A DNA stretch of 64,000 bases from Candidatus Micrarchaeota archaeon. Its GTDB lineage: Archaea > Micrarchaeota > Micrarchaeia > Anstonellales > Bilamarchaeaceae. The notes under the pieces are model-generated. The model was given only the letters and a program-made list of their open reading frames with translations. It searched no databases and was not told the origin of the DNA. Location of the stretch: contig JBDRPL010000019.1 of NCBI GenBank assembly GCA_043827025.1, positions 24,273 through 88,272 of the forward strand. The letters are read 5' to 3'. A program made the position numbers and the translations under genes. Of the stretch, positions 48,115 to 56,316 are shown piece after piece; within the stretch, counting starts at the first letter, position 1, and every line of letters starts with the position of its first letter.

Positions 48115-49563
48115 CTAATTCGTCTTGGTCATTATGTTCAGGTTCTGTGGCTTCTTGTTCACATTGCCTATCTTTATTCCGATCAACGTAGTAACGCCCT
48201 TGTTTGCAGCAAGGTCAACAAGCCTCTGCGTTATGATGCCATCGAAAACAATTGCATGCACGCTGCTGATTTCCTCAAGCGATTTTATGACATCCCTTAC
48301 AGGCACTTCTTTTATTGTTTCAAGGTTTTGGTTGTAGAACCTTGCCCTGAGAGTATTGTTGAGTTCGTCAAGCTCTGCAACAAGCTCAGTCACGTTGCTG
48401 AATTTCTTTGCAGGCTTTGCCACCTCTACGTTCTCAGGCTCCACGACGATTTTCCTCTGGACACTCTCCCTTGAGATAATGGGCATTATTATCTTCTTTT
48501 CCACAGTCGTCCTTTGCTGGATGCTTGCCTGAGGAACTATAATAGGTTTTCTCGTGTCCCTTTCAGGCCTTCTTTCCGGCTGTCTTTCAAACTGCCTTTC
48601 TTGTGGTCTTTCATATTTTTCAACAGGCCTTTCCCTTCTCTCAAATTTTTCAGCAGGTTTTTCGCCTTGGTATTCTCTTTCGAATTCAACCCTTTCATTC
48701 TGGCGTTCATTCTGCTGGCTGTTCTGCCTGCTTCGGGAATCTTGTCCTTGTTCACAAGATACCTTGCTTCTTAGGCATTTTATGAGCTCCTTTCTTGTGA
48801 GTTCCTCGACTTCCTTGCCAGTTGGAGCTCTTGCGATATATTCAATATCTACACCACCACTGAGCAATTCGTTCAGGATTATATCTCCGCCCCTGTCTCC
48901 GTCAAGGAAAACTGTGATTTCCTTTTCCTTTGAAAGTTTGATAATTGATTTTGGAACCCTTGCACCCTGTATTGCAACCACGTTTGGCACATCGTTTTTC
49001 AGGAGGTTTATCACGTCTGCCCTTCCTTCTACAATGATTATGTCCTTATATCTCTGAAGGTTAGGTCCGGCAGGCAGATTATCTGGCCCGTATTGGGTGA
49101 TTTCAGCTGTCTTTACCTCGTCTCTTACGATGTCTGAGATTTCCCTTGATTCAGGTATTTCCGTATTGAGCAAGGTCTTCAATATGTCCTTTGCCCTTTC
49201 CACAAGTACCTTTCTCTTTACATTTCTGGTATCTTCAACCCTTGTGACTGCAATCTTTGCTTCGCATGGCCCTACTCTATCCACTGTTTCCAATGAGGCT
49301 GCGATTATACAGGTCTCAACCATGTCAAGGCTGCTTGGTATTTTTATGATTCCAATAGTCTTGCCGTTTCTTGGGTTAAGGTCAACCTCTATCCTTCCTA
49401 TCCTTCCGTTCTTCTGAAGGTCTCTGAGGTCCAATTCATCCCCGAGTAGACCCTCTGTCTGTCCGAATATAGCACCTACTACATCTGGCTTTTCAACCAA
49501 GCCAGTGATCTCGACATCTGAATATACTACGTATTTTACTGTATCTATGTATGTTTTTGCCAT
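48115..49563 (-). CDS. dnaG: Archaeal DnaG (TOPRIM, exosome-associated)
   Basis: DVVGAIFGQTEGLLG, IIVEGRADV, FLDGDRGG, FDGIITQRL. Confidence 0.95.
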   Translation of the reverse strand: MAKTYIDTVKYVVYSDVEITGLVEKPDVVGAIFGQTEGLLGDELDLRDLQKNGRIGRIEVDLNPRNGKTIGIIKIPSSLDMVETCIIAASLETVDRVGPCEAKIAVTRVEDTRNVKRKVLVERAKDILKTLLNTEIPESREISDIVRDEVKTAEITQYGPDNLPAGPNLQRYKDIIIVEGRADVINLLKNDVPNVVAIQGARVPKSIIKLSKEKEITVFLDGDRGGDIILNELLSGGVDIEYIARAPTGKEVEELTRKELIKCLRSKVSCEQGQDSRSRQNSQQNERQNERVEFEREYQGEKPAEKFERRERPVEKYERPQERQFERQPERRPERDTRKPIIVPQASIQQRTTVEKKIIMPIISRESVQRKIVVEPENVEVAKPAKKFSNVTELVAELDELNNTLRARFYNQNLETIKEVPVRDVIKSLEEISSVHAIVFDGIITQRLVDLAANKGVTTLIGIKIGNVNKKPQNLNIMTKTN

Positions 49564-49587
49564 AAAATTTACCTCCTAAATTTTAAT

Positions 49588-49609
49588 ATTGACCGAAGGT
49601 TCGGTCAAT
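49588..49609. promoter_or_regulatory. Perfect palindrome upstream of dnaG
   Basis: ATTGACCGAA-GG-TTCGGTCAAT, about 10 nt upstream of the AGGAGGT SD. Confidence 0.45.
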
Positions 49610-49621
49610 GCCATATACTAC

Positions 49622-50026
49622 CTAATTTTTCATATTTTCTTCCATAAACTTTTTGTACTTTCTGTACATTTCCTCGAAATACTTGAGTCTTAGGATATGG
49701 GCCAGTCTTGACCTTGTTTCAGTATCTGGCTTAACTCCATATCCCTCCAATGTCTCGGATGCCCTTTTGAGCATTTCGAATCCTCTTCTATCCATATCGG
49801 TAAGTATAACAACTTCCGCTTCTTGTTTTGCCCTCTCACAGCTAATCCTCAGGTTTCCAGAGATGGTCAGCACTCTGCTGTTGTCACAGCCCATCCTTAC
49901 AAGGGCCTCCTTGTCTCTTTTACCTTCAACGAATATCATCTTGCTTTTCAGCCTCTCTATTATCCTATCCAGTTCCTTGGCTAATAATGCCTTGAACTTT
50001 GGATTTGACGGATTGTTCATTTCCAT
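49622..50026 (-). CDS. Small TOPRIM-domain protein
   Basis: FVEGKRDKEAL and VVILTDMDRRG. Adjacent to dnaG. Confidence 0.88.
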   Translation of the reverse strand: MEMNNPSNPKFKALLAKELDRIIERLKSKMIFVEGKRDKEALVRMGCDNSRVLTISGNLRISCERAKQEAEVVILTDMDRRGFEMLKRASETLEGYGVKPDTETRSRLAHILRLKYFEEMYRKYKKFMEENMKN

Positions 50027-50228
50027 TTACCTCTAGGATCTTGTTCCTGCCTTTCAGGCCTCTTAGAATCCTGACTTCCATCCCTAACATTTTCGAAAGA
50101 TTCAGGATTATCTCACGGTTGACAAGGCCTTTCTCTGCCTCGTTCTTGCACCTTATCTGCAAGACATTTTCCTTCAGGCTCAGTGAAAACTTTCCTGAAT
50201 TCGGAAAAACCCTTGCATTGATTTTCAT
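49965..50228 (-). CDS. DUF167/YggU family protein
   Basis: I.ARV.PNS, A.KG..N.EI, I.RG..GRNK. Confidence 0.8.
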   Translation of the reverse strand: MKINARVFPNSGKFSLSLKENVLQIRCKNEAEKGLVNREIILNLSKMLGMEVRILRGLKGRNKILEVNGNEQSVKSKVQGIISQGTG

Positions 50229-50269
50229 CCCTTTCTCTCCTAGGACCGCTCAAAACTAGATATCGAATT

Positions 50270-50327
50270 CTGTGCATTGTTGACCCACACCTCATCGCTT
50301 AAAGCTAGGTTGGCCATCCATGCACAG
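50270..50327 (-). ncRNA. Candidate structured intergenic RNA
   Basis: Long irregular hairpin CTGTGCAT/ATGCACAG, TGGCC/GGTCA, ACCT/AGGT, GC/GC. Confidence 0.35.
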
Positions 50328-50335
50328 CTTCATGA

Positions 50336-50767
50336 TTAATGAAGCGCTGCTTTTTCTTCTATCAAATCAATGACTGAAGGAAATATTCTCATAATATCTC
50401 CTTCGCTTAGTATGCCTATGAGTTCGTTTTTTTCATTTACAACAGGCAAACGCTTTACCCTGTTCTCTTTCATAGCTGTTGCCGCTTCCTCGAGCGTGGT
50501 ATTTGGTTTCACCACCCTAAGGGGCTTTGACATTATGTCCTTGGCTTTCAATGAATATACCTCTTTCTTGTTTGCAATCACTTTGTATATTATGTCTCTT
50601 TCGGTGATTATTCCCTTTGCGGTTTTGTTAGGGTTTCCCTCAACAACTATGATAGAGCCAACATTATGCTTCTTCATTAATTTTGCAACTGATTCGATAC
50701 CGTCTTCAGTAGACAATGTAACTACTACTTTCGTCATTACGTCCCCTACCTTTAAGTCGGATCCCAT
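50336..50767 (-). CDS. CBS domain protein
   Basis: One CBS pair (KVGDVMT, GIITERDI, KRLPVV, GILSEGDI). Confidence 0.92.
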   Translation of the reverse strand: MGSDLKVGDVMTKVVVTLSTEDGIESVAKLMKKHNVGSIIVVEGNPNKTAKGIITERDIIYKVIANKKEVYSLKAKDIMSKPLRVVKPNTTLEEAATAMKENRVKRLPVVNEKNELIGILSEGDIMRIFPSVIDLIEEKAALH

Positions 50768-50826
50768 GATTATTGTTAGTGAGGAAAAGTTTATAAAGCT
50801 CAGCTAATCGCTGATGCTTTAATTTT

Positions 50827-51117
50827 TTAATCAAATCTGCTGACTCTTATTTTTACTGGAGGTTTTGATATTTCTTCATGATAGCCAAGTGCCATTTCAA
50901 TTGCATTTGCAAAAGGGGCCAATGCTCTGTCAAGAACATTTGGGGGCCTCACAAAGTTCGGCATTCTCTCGATTTTTTTCAAAAGCCTGTCCAAAATAGG
51001 AGTCGCTTCCTTTCCTCCATTTCTTATTCTTATTCTGCGGACAGTTACTCTTGTTCTTGCTAATTGAGCTCTATTGTCAAGTTGAACACCTAATCTGCCA
51101 AATATTGTTTGTTTCAA
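50827..51117 (-). CDS. Small basic hypothetical protein
   Basis: AAGGTGA SD and TATA box upstream. Arg-rich. Confidence 0.55.
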   Translation of the reverse strand: MKQTIFGRLGVQLDNRAQLARTRVTVRRIRIRNGGKEATPILDRLLKKIERMPNFVRPPNVLDRALAPFANAIEMALGYHEEISKPPVKIRVSRFD

Positions 51118-51151
51118 TCAAATCACCTTGTGTTTTATTATTGTTGAGTTA

Positions 51152-51188
51152 CTTTTTAAACCTTCCCTTTTAACCTCTTTTTACAACA
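51152..51188 (-). repeat. 37-bp extended promoter repeat, copy 1
   Basis: 34/37 identical to 55869-55905. Ends in GGAAGGTTTAAAAAG (BRE/TATA-like) on the - strand. Confidence 0.75.
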
Positions 51189-51334
51189 CTTTCGTTCGAA
51201 AGCACGTATTTTGTCCAATCCATGTAATCAGGTGTTTCACAAAATGGGTTTTATGAAAGGGATTGTTTCACAAAAAAGAGGGTTTCCAAGGTTTTATAAG
51301 GCAAACCTGCTCCAAGTTCATGCTTAATATGTAA

Positions 51335-51360
51335 TGCACAAATTTATATACTTTTGTGCA
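51335..51360 (+). promoter_or_regulatory. TATA box embedded in an inverted repeat
   Basis: TGCACAAA-TTTATATACT-TTTGTGCA upstream of the AAA_14 gene. Confidence 0.6.
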
Positions 51361-51381
51361 GTATAATGTAATGTGATATTC

Positions 51382-52632
51382 ATGATAAGGGATATACTAT
51401 TGATACAAAAACGTGAATTGGAAAAAAGGTTGGCTGAAACCTATGTTAAACGAGATGCAATTATGAAGAATGTGGCCAGCGGCTTGATTACGGTAATCAT
51501 TGGCCCTAGAAGGGCAGGAAAATCCTTCTTTTGCATTCATGTATTAAATAGCTTGGGCAAGTTTGGGTATGCAAATTTTGACGATGAAAAATTAGTCGAA
51601 ACTGAAAATTATGATGAGATACTCGATTCCATACTCTCTCTTTACAACAATCCAGAATATATCCTGCTTGATGAGGTCCAGAATCTTGATAAATGGGAAC
51701 TGTTCGTCAACAGGCTTCAAAGGCAAGGGCAGAAGCTCATCATTACTGGAAGCAACTCCCATCTACTAAGCAAAGAACTTGCAACACATCTTACTGGAAG
51801 GCACCAATTGGTCAGTATTTTTCCTTTTTCGTTTAAAGAGTTCCTGATGTTCGAAAACAAGGAATTGACCGAAAACGAAACCCGGGAAAAACTCAGGAAT
51901 TATCTTCTTTATGGCGGGTATCCCGAACCATTGATAAAGAAACTGGATTACAAGGATTATCTTTCAACTCTGTTTACTTCAATAGTGTACAAAGACATTG
52001 TAAAAAGATTTAAACTTAGGTCGCCTCAGGCAATTGAAGACCTTTCAGTTTATCTTATTTCGAATGTGTCAAAGGAATTCTCTTATAACTCCCTGAGCAA
52101 GGTTAGTGGGTGCAAAAGCGTTCACACTGTTGAAAAATACCTTTCTTATCTTGAAGAGGCGTTTATCTTTTTTAGGTTGGACAGATTTTCATTTAAAGTG
52201 AAAGAGCAACTAGCTTCAAACAAAAAGATATACTGTACGGATACTGGGTTTATTCATGCCAAGGCCTTTAGAGTCAGCGAGGACATGGGAAAATTATATG
52301 AAAATGCAGTTGCAATAGAGCTTAAAAAACGCGAAATCTCCGAGAATGTTAAAATATATTACTGGAAAAACGCTCAGCAGGAAGAGGTTGACTTCATTGT
52401 TAGGGAAGGTCTGCGAGTAATCCGGCTTATTCAGGTTTGCTATGACTTGGCTGAAACACGGACAAAGGAAAGGGAAACAAGGGCACTGCTAAAAGCAAGT
52501 CAGGAACTTAAATGCACGAATCTTTTTGTTATAACTGAAAAGTATGAGGCTGAAAAGGAAATCGAATGGTTTGGCATAAAAGGTAAAATAAGATATGTTC
52601 CGCTCTGGAAATTTTTGCTTAATCCGTTTTAA
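51382..52632 (+). CDS. AAA_14/DUF4143 ATP-binding protein
   Basis: GPRRAGKS, LDEVQ, ITGSNS, LTGR, GGYPE, K.Y..DTG, ENAV, EVDFIV. Confidence 0.92.
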   Translation: MIRDILLIQKRELEKRLAETYVKRDAIMKNVASGLITVIIGPRRAGKSFFCIHVLNSLGKFGYANFDDEKLVETENYDEILDSILSLYNNPEYILLDEVQNLDKWELFVNRLQRQGQKLIITGSNSHLLSKELATHLTGRHQLVSIFPFSFKEFLMFENKELTENETREKLRNYLLYGGYPEPLIKKLDYKDYLSTLFTSIVYKDIVKRFKLRSPQAIEDLSVYLISNVSKEFSYNSLSKVSGCKSVHTVEKYLSYLEEAFIFFRLDRFSFKVKEQLASNKKIYCTDTGFIHAKAFRVSEDMGKLYENAVAIELKKREISENVKIYYWKNAQQEEVDFIVREGLRVIRLIQVCYDLAETRTKERETRALLKASQELKCTNLFVITEKYEAEKEIEWFGIKGKIRYVPLWKFLLNPF

Positions 52633-52866
52633 TTGCAGATGCCTTTGCTTTGTCCGGAAGAACTTCCCAGCCTTTCGGATCCACTGTTCTCGGGCCTTCG
52701 ATCCTTATCAGATAGTTCTGGAGGATCGCCACCCTTAGCATTGTAAGAGTCTGTTTCTGTTCTGGAGATAGCCTTTTTCCATTCATTCGTAAGCATGTCA
52801 TCTAAATAACCTTTCAATAACAGTGTATGCTTAATCTTTTATTCCCTATGTTCCAATACCTTTTCC

Positions 52867-54147
52867 ATGTATCGTAATCATTATATTTCAGATGTCAAAC
52901 CTGGCAAGGGCATCAAAGTCGCAGGCTGGGTTCACGAGATAAGGGATAAGGGCAAGCTCAAATTTGTCATTCTAAGGGATAAGACTGGCCTTTTGCAGAT
53001 TGTCTTAAAGACAGGTGTCGTTCCAGACAAATTAATGGCATTGCAATTCAACAAGGAAGACGTTGTATGTTTCGAAGGTGAAGTAAAGGAAAGCAAGATT
53101 GCTCCTGGCGGAATGGAGATGGTGCCAACTGATGGCGAAATACTAAACAAAGTGCAGCTTCAGCTTCCTGTTGACCCAACCGATTTAGTCCCTTCTGAAT
53201 TCGATACTAAATTAGATTATCGATATATCGACCTAAGGCGTGCCCAAACTACTGCAATCTTCAACATCAAGTCAACTGTTGCAAATGCCTTCAGAAGTTA
53301 CTTGTATTCAAAAGGCTTCACTGAAATCCAAACCTCTGCAATCACAGGGGCAGCAACAGAAGGTGGTGCAGATGTCTTTCAGCTTAAATATTTCGAGACA
53401 AATGCATACTTGGTTCAATCACCGCAATTATACAAACAGCTTGCAGTAATTGGTGGATTCGATAAAGTTTTCATGACAGTGCCAGTCTTCAGGGCAGAAA
53501 AACATAATACTACAACTCATCTTAATGAAGTTTTCCAGATGGATGTTGAAATTGGTTTTGCTGACCATAATGAAGCAATGGACGTATTGGAAGCTGTAGT
53601 ATTGTCAATGCTTTCAGAAGTTCAAGAGAAGAACGGAAAGGACCTCAAAACATTGGGCGTCGAAGTAAAGATTCCGAAAAAGGTTCCAAGATATTCGTAT
53701 GCTGAATTGATTGAGAAGCTCCAGAAAGCAGGCGACCCAATTAAATGGGGCCATGATTTCTCAAAGGAGAATGAGAAGCAGATGTATGAAATTTTAGGTG
53801 AAGACCTATTCTTCATTTATGACTGGCCAACTGAGATTCGCGCATTCTATTCAATGCCTACAACGGACCCAAAGATATGCCATGCATTTGACCTGATGTA
53901 TAAAGGTTTGGAAATATCTTCAGGTGCAATGAGAATACACAAGCCTGAAATTTTAGAAGATCAGATTAGAAAAAGAGGCCTTAAGGTCGAGGATTTTAAG
54001 TTCTATCTTGATGCCTTCAAACTTGGAGCTCCGCCCCATGCAGGCTGGTCTATAGGGTTGGAAAGATTCACAATGAAGCTCTGTAACTTAGAAAATATAA
54101 GGCAGGCAACATTGTTCCCAAGGGACAGAACGAGATTGCATCCGTAA
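52867..54147 (+). CDS. aspS: Aspartate--tRNA ligase (archaeal type)
   Basis: GWVHEIRD, R.IDLR, QSPQLYKQ, FRAEKHNT..HLNE, EISSGA.RIH, PPHAG, FPRDRTRL.P. Confidence 0.95.
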   Translation: MYRNHYISDVKPGKGIKVAGWVHEIRDKGKLKFVILRDKTGLLQIVLKTGVVPDKLMALQFNKEDVVCFEGEVKESKIAPGGMEMVPTDGEILNKVQLQLPVDPTDLVPSEFDTKLDYRYIDLRRAQTTAIFNIKSTVANAFRSYLYSKGFTEIQTSAITGAATEGGADVFQLKYFETNAYLVQSPQLYKQLAVIGGFDKVFMTVPVFRAEKHNTTTHLNEVFQMDVEIGFADHNEAMDVLEAVVLSMLSEVQEKNGKDLKTLGVEVKIPKKVPRYSYAELIEKLQKAGDPIKWGHDFSKENEKQMYEILGEDLFFIYDWPTEIRAFYSMPTTDPKICHAFDLMYKGLEISSGAMRIHKPEILEDQIRKRGLKVEDFKFYLDAFKLGAPPHAGWSIGLERFTMKLCNLENIRQATLFPRDRTRLHP

Positions 54148-54169
54148 CAACTGGTAGAATGGTGTAGAT

Positions 54170-54898
54170 ATGATATTGGTAACCAATGACGACGGCTATT
54201 CCAGGGGCTTAGAAATGCTTCTTAAGGCTGCAAAGCAGGTGGATGAGGCATACGCAGTCATCCCTGCAAAGCACAGGAGTGCAGTTTCCTGCGCATTAAC
54301 ATCTCATAAGCCGCTTCGTTTTGCCAAGCATTCGCAGGACATTTATACCTTGAATGGCACTCCTGCAGATTGCGTTCTTTTTTCAATCTATTCAGGAGAT
54401 GTCACGAAACCAGATTTGATTCTTTCAGGCCTTAATTTCGGGGACAATTCAGGACTAAGCGCAATTATTTGTTCAGGCACTTTAGGTGCTTGCCTCACAG
54501 CTTCAGTTGAAGGCGTGCCTGCGATTGGCTTTTCGCTCTGCATTCCAAACCGGGATGCATGGAGAAATAAAACAGAGTGGGGCGATGAAACAAAAATAGT
54601 CGAAGCAATTGTCAAACTCATAAAAGAACTAAAATCCAAGATAAAAGACGGCATGTTTTTTAGTGTGAATCTGCCAATGTCTGATCTTGACAAGGCCAAA
54701 ATAATCTATCCGGAGAAATTGCAGAGATCAAGGTTCAAGACTATAATAACGAAAAGGAACGATCCTTATGATCTGCCGTATTATTGGTTGAGCGGTGATT
54801 ATTCCAATGCAGAAAAAGGAACTGACCTTTATGAAGTCCTGGTCAACAAAAATATCACAGTAACCCCAATTTCTATAAATATGTTGTACGATAAATAG
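54170..54898 (+). CDS. surE: 5'/3'-nucleotidase SurE
   Basis: ILVTNDDG, GTPADC, SGLN.G.N, SGT, VPAI.FS. Confidence 0.93.
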   Translation: MILVTNDDGYSRGLEMLLKAAKQVDEAYAVIPAKHRSAVSCALTSHKPLRFAKHSQDIYTLNGTPADCVLFSIYSGDVTKPDLILSGLNFGDNSGLSAIICSGTLGACLTASVEGVPAIGFSLCIPNRDAWRNKTEWGDETKIVEAIVKLIKELKSKIKDGMFFSVNLPMSDLDKAKIIYPEKLQRSRFKTIITKRNDPYDLPYYWLSGDYSNAEKGTDLYEVLVNKNITVTPISINMLYDK

Positions 54899-54900
54899 TT

Positions 54901-55338
54901 ATGAATTGGAAGGCACATGTTACAATTGCAATTTTTCTGGCACTGTTTTTATTTTATTTCATGCGCTTTCCATTTGAAGTTTCGTTGCCTTTGGTTATTT
55001 TTGCAGGTTTGAGTGCTTTAGTTCCTGACCTTGACCATGACATGAGCAAAGGAAGACAAATGCTCAATTATGCAGTTTTTGGCTATGCTATTGCATTTTC
55101 TTATTCTGCAAGTGGTTCACTTGGGCAGAAGTCCATTGTTTTCTTTGCAATAATCGGTGCCTATTTTTTGATTATCACTTTCCTAAAGCCAAGGCACAGA
55201 GGAATAGTCCATTCTATTTTGGTTTGTGTATTATATTCTTTGTTGGTCTATGTGCTGATTGGTTTGAATTTTGCAATTGCAGGATTTGTTGGGTATTTCT
55301 CGCATCTATTGGCGGATAAAGAAATGAAATTAATTTAG
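54901..55338 (+). CDS. Membrane metal-dependent hydrolase (YdjM-like)
   Basis: H, PDLDH, HRG..HS and SHLLAD, with TM segments. Confidence 0.88.
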   Translation: MNWKAHVTIAIFLALFLFYFMRFPFEVSLPLVIFAGLSALVPDLDHDMSKGRQMLNYAVFGYAIAFSYSASGSLGQKSIVFFAIIGAYFLIITFLKPRHRGIVHSILVCVLYSLLVYVLIGLNFAIAGFVGYFSHLLADKEMKLI

Positions 55339-55354
55339 AAAAGTAATTGAAAAA

Positions 55355-55549
55355 TCAGAACTGATTTATTAGTCTATTGACTCCGACCAATGCGATTGTT
55401 GATATGGCTCCCAGATGCATGCCTTTTGAATAATTGATTGGGCTCATGCCAAACACTATTCCAAGCATCATTTCTGCAGTTGATGCAACAAGCAATCCAT
55501 CTATCGCAAGACGGAGGTTTTTTATTATTTTGGTGTTTGACATAATCAT
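55355..55549 (-). CDS. Small hydrophobic hypothetical protein
   Basis: AGGTA SD-like sequence upstream and two hydrophobic stretches. Follows 55557..55838. Confidence 0.45.
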   Translation of the reverse strand: MIMSNTKIIKNLRLAIDGLLVASTAEMMLGIVFGMSPINYSKGMHLGAISTIALVGVNRLINQF

Positions 55550-55556
55550 TACCTAA

Positions 55557-55838
55557 TTATTTTCCTATTTCTGCAAATGCCTTTAGTGCTGCGAGTGCAG
55601 TTATTTCAGGAGAACCGCATGTATTTGTTGGTTTAATACCATTGTCAAACCTCTTGCCTTTCCATATTGGATCAATAGGTGGTGGTAGGACTGGGGTTGT
55701 GCCTCTAGGGCATATGTCGAAATATGCGTTCCATCTTGCCGAGCCAGGTTCACCCAATGCTCTTTCAACCCTCATTTGTTTTGCAAGTGTCCTAACTCCA
55801 ACTAACTGTTCGCGTTTTAATTTTGTCAAATGGGTCAC
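55557..55838 (-). CDS. Small basic hypothetical protein
   Basis: GTG start, directly downstream of the second promoter repeat. Confidence 0.55.
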   Translation of the reverse strand: MTHLTKLKREQLVGVRTLAKQMRVERALGEPGSARWNAYFDICPRGTTPVLPPPIDPIWKGKRFDNGIKPTNTCGSPEITALAALKAFAEIGK

Positions 55839-55868
55839 CTTTGGATACTATTAATTATGCGTATTTCT

Positions 55869-55905
55869 CTTTTTAAACCTTCCTTTTTAACCGCTTTCTA
55901 CAACA
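55869..55905 (-). repeat. 37-bp extended promoter repeat, copy 2
   Basis: 34/37 identical to 51152-51188. Confidence 0.75.
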
Positions 55906-56316
55906 TTAAAGAACTTCTTTCCTTTTTGGTTCGCACTGGATATCTGCTGTTTTCTCAAGCCTTTCTTCGACGACTCCGTCCTTATTATAAGTAAAGAGGA
56001 TTATGTTGCAGTCATAGGTGCCAGGTTCTGTGTCCGAAGAGGCATAAACCTTTATTGCTTTTTCAAGGAACGCCCCGCTGTCAATTATCCCGATTCTTAT
56101 CCTGCCTTTGCCAAGTTGGCTTGTCGGAGATAATGAAATCTTTTCAGGAACATTCACATCTGCTTCTGCCCAGCAGACCTGACCCTTGTTTTCCATTCTA
56201 AGTATAATATCAATACTGTTCTGCATGTTCGCGAATAGCACTTCAGGATGCGTCTTGACCAATAGTTCTGCCATGGAATATTGCTGGAGGCAATATTTCT
56301 TAATTATTTGTCCCAT
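55906..56316 (-). CDS. Hypothetical beta-sandwich protein
   Basis: Beta-rich ORF with PGTY. The true start is probably MAELL, slightly downstream. Confidence 0.6.
   Translation of the reverse strand: MGQIIKKYCLQQYSMAELLVKTHPEVLFANMQNSIDIILRMENKGQVCWAEADVNVPEKISLSPTSQLGKGRIRIGIIDSGAFLEKAIKVYASSDTEPGTYDCNIILFTYNKDGVVEERLEKTADIQCEPKRKEVL

Noticed and set aside
48540..48750. Repetitive ERP/QER stretch in dnaG
   Set aside because: A low-complexity protein linker in the variable region of archaeal DnaG, not a DNA repeat array.
52619..52817. Two overlapping 60-62 aa minus-strand ORFs
   Set aside because: No motif or clear SD to choose between the frames. One may be real, but I cannot support either.
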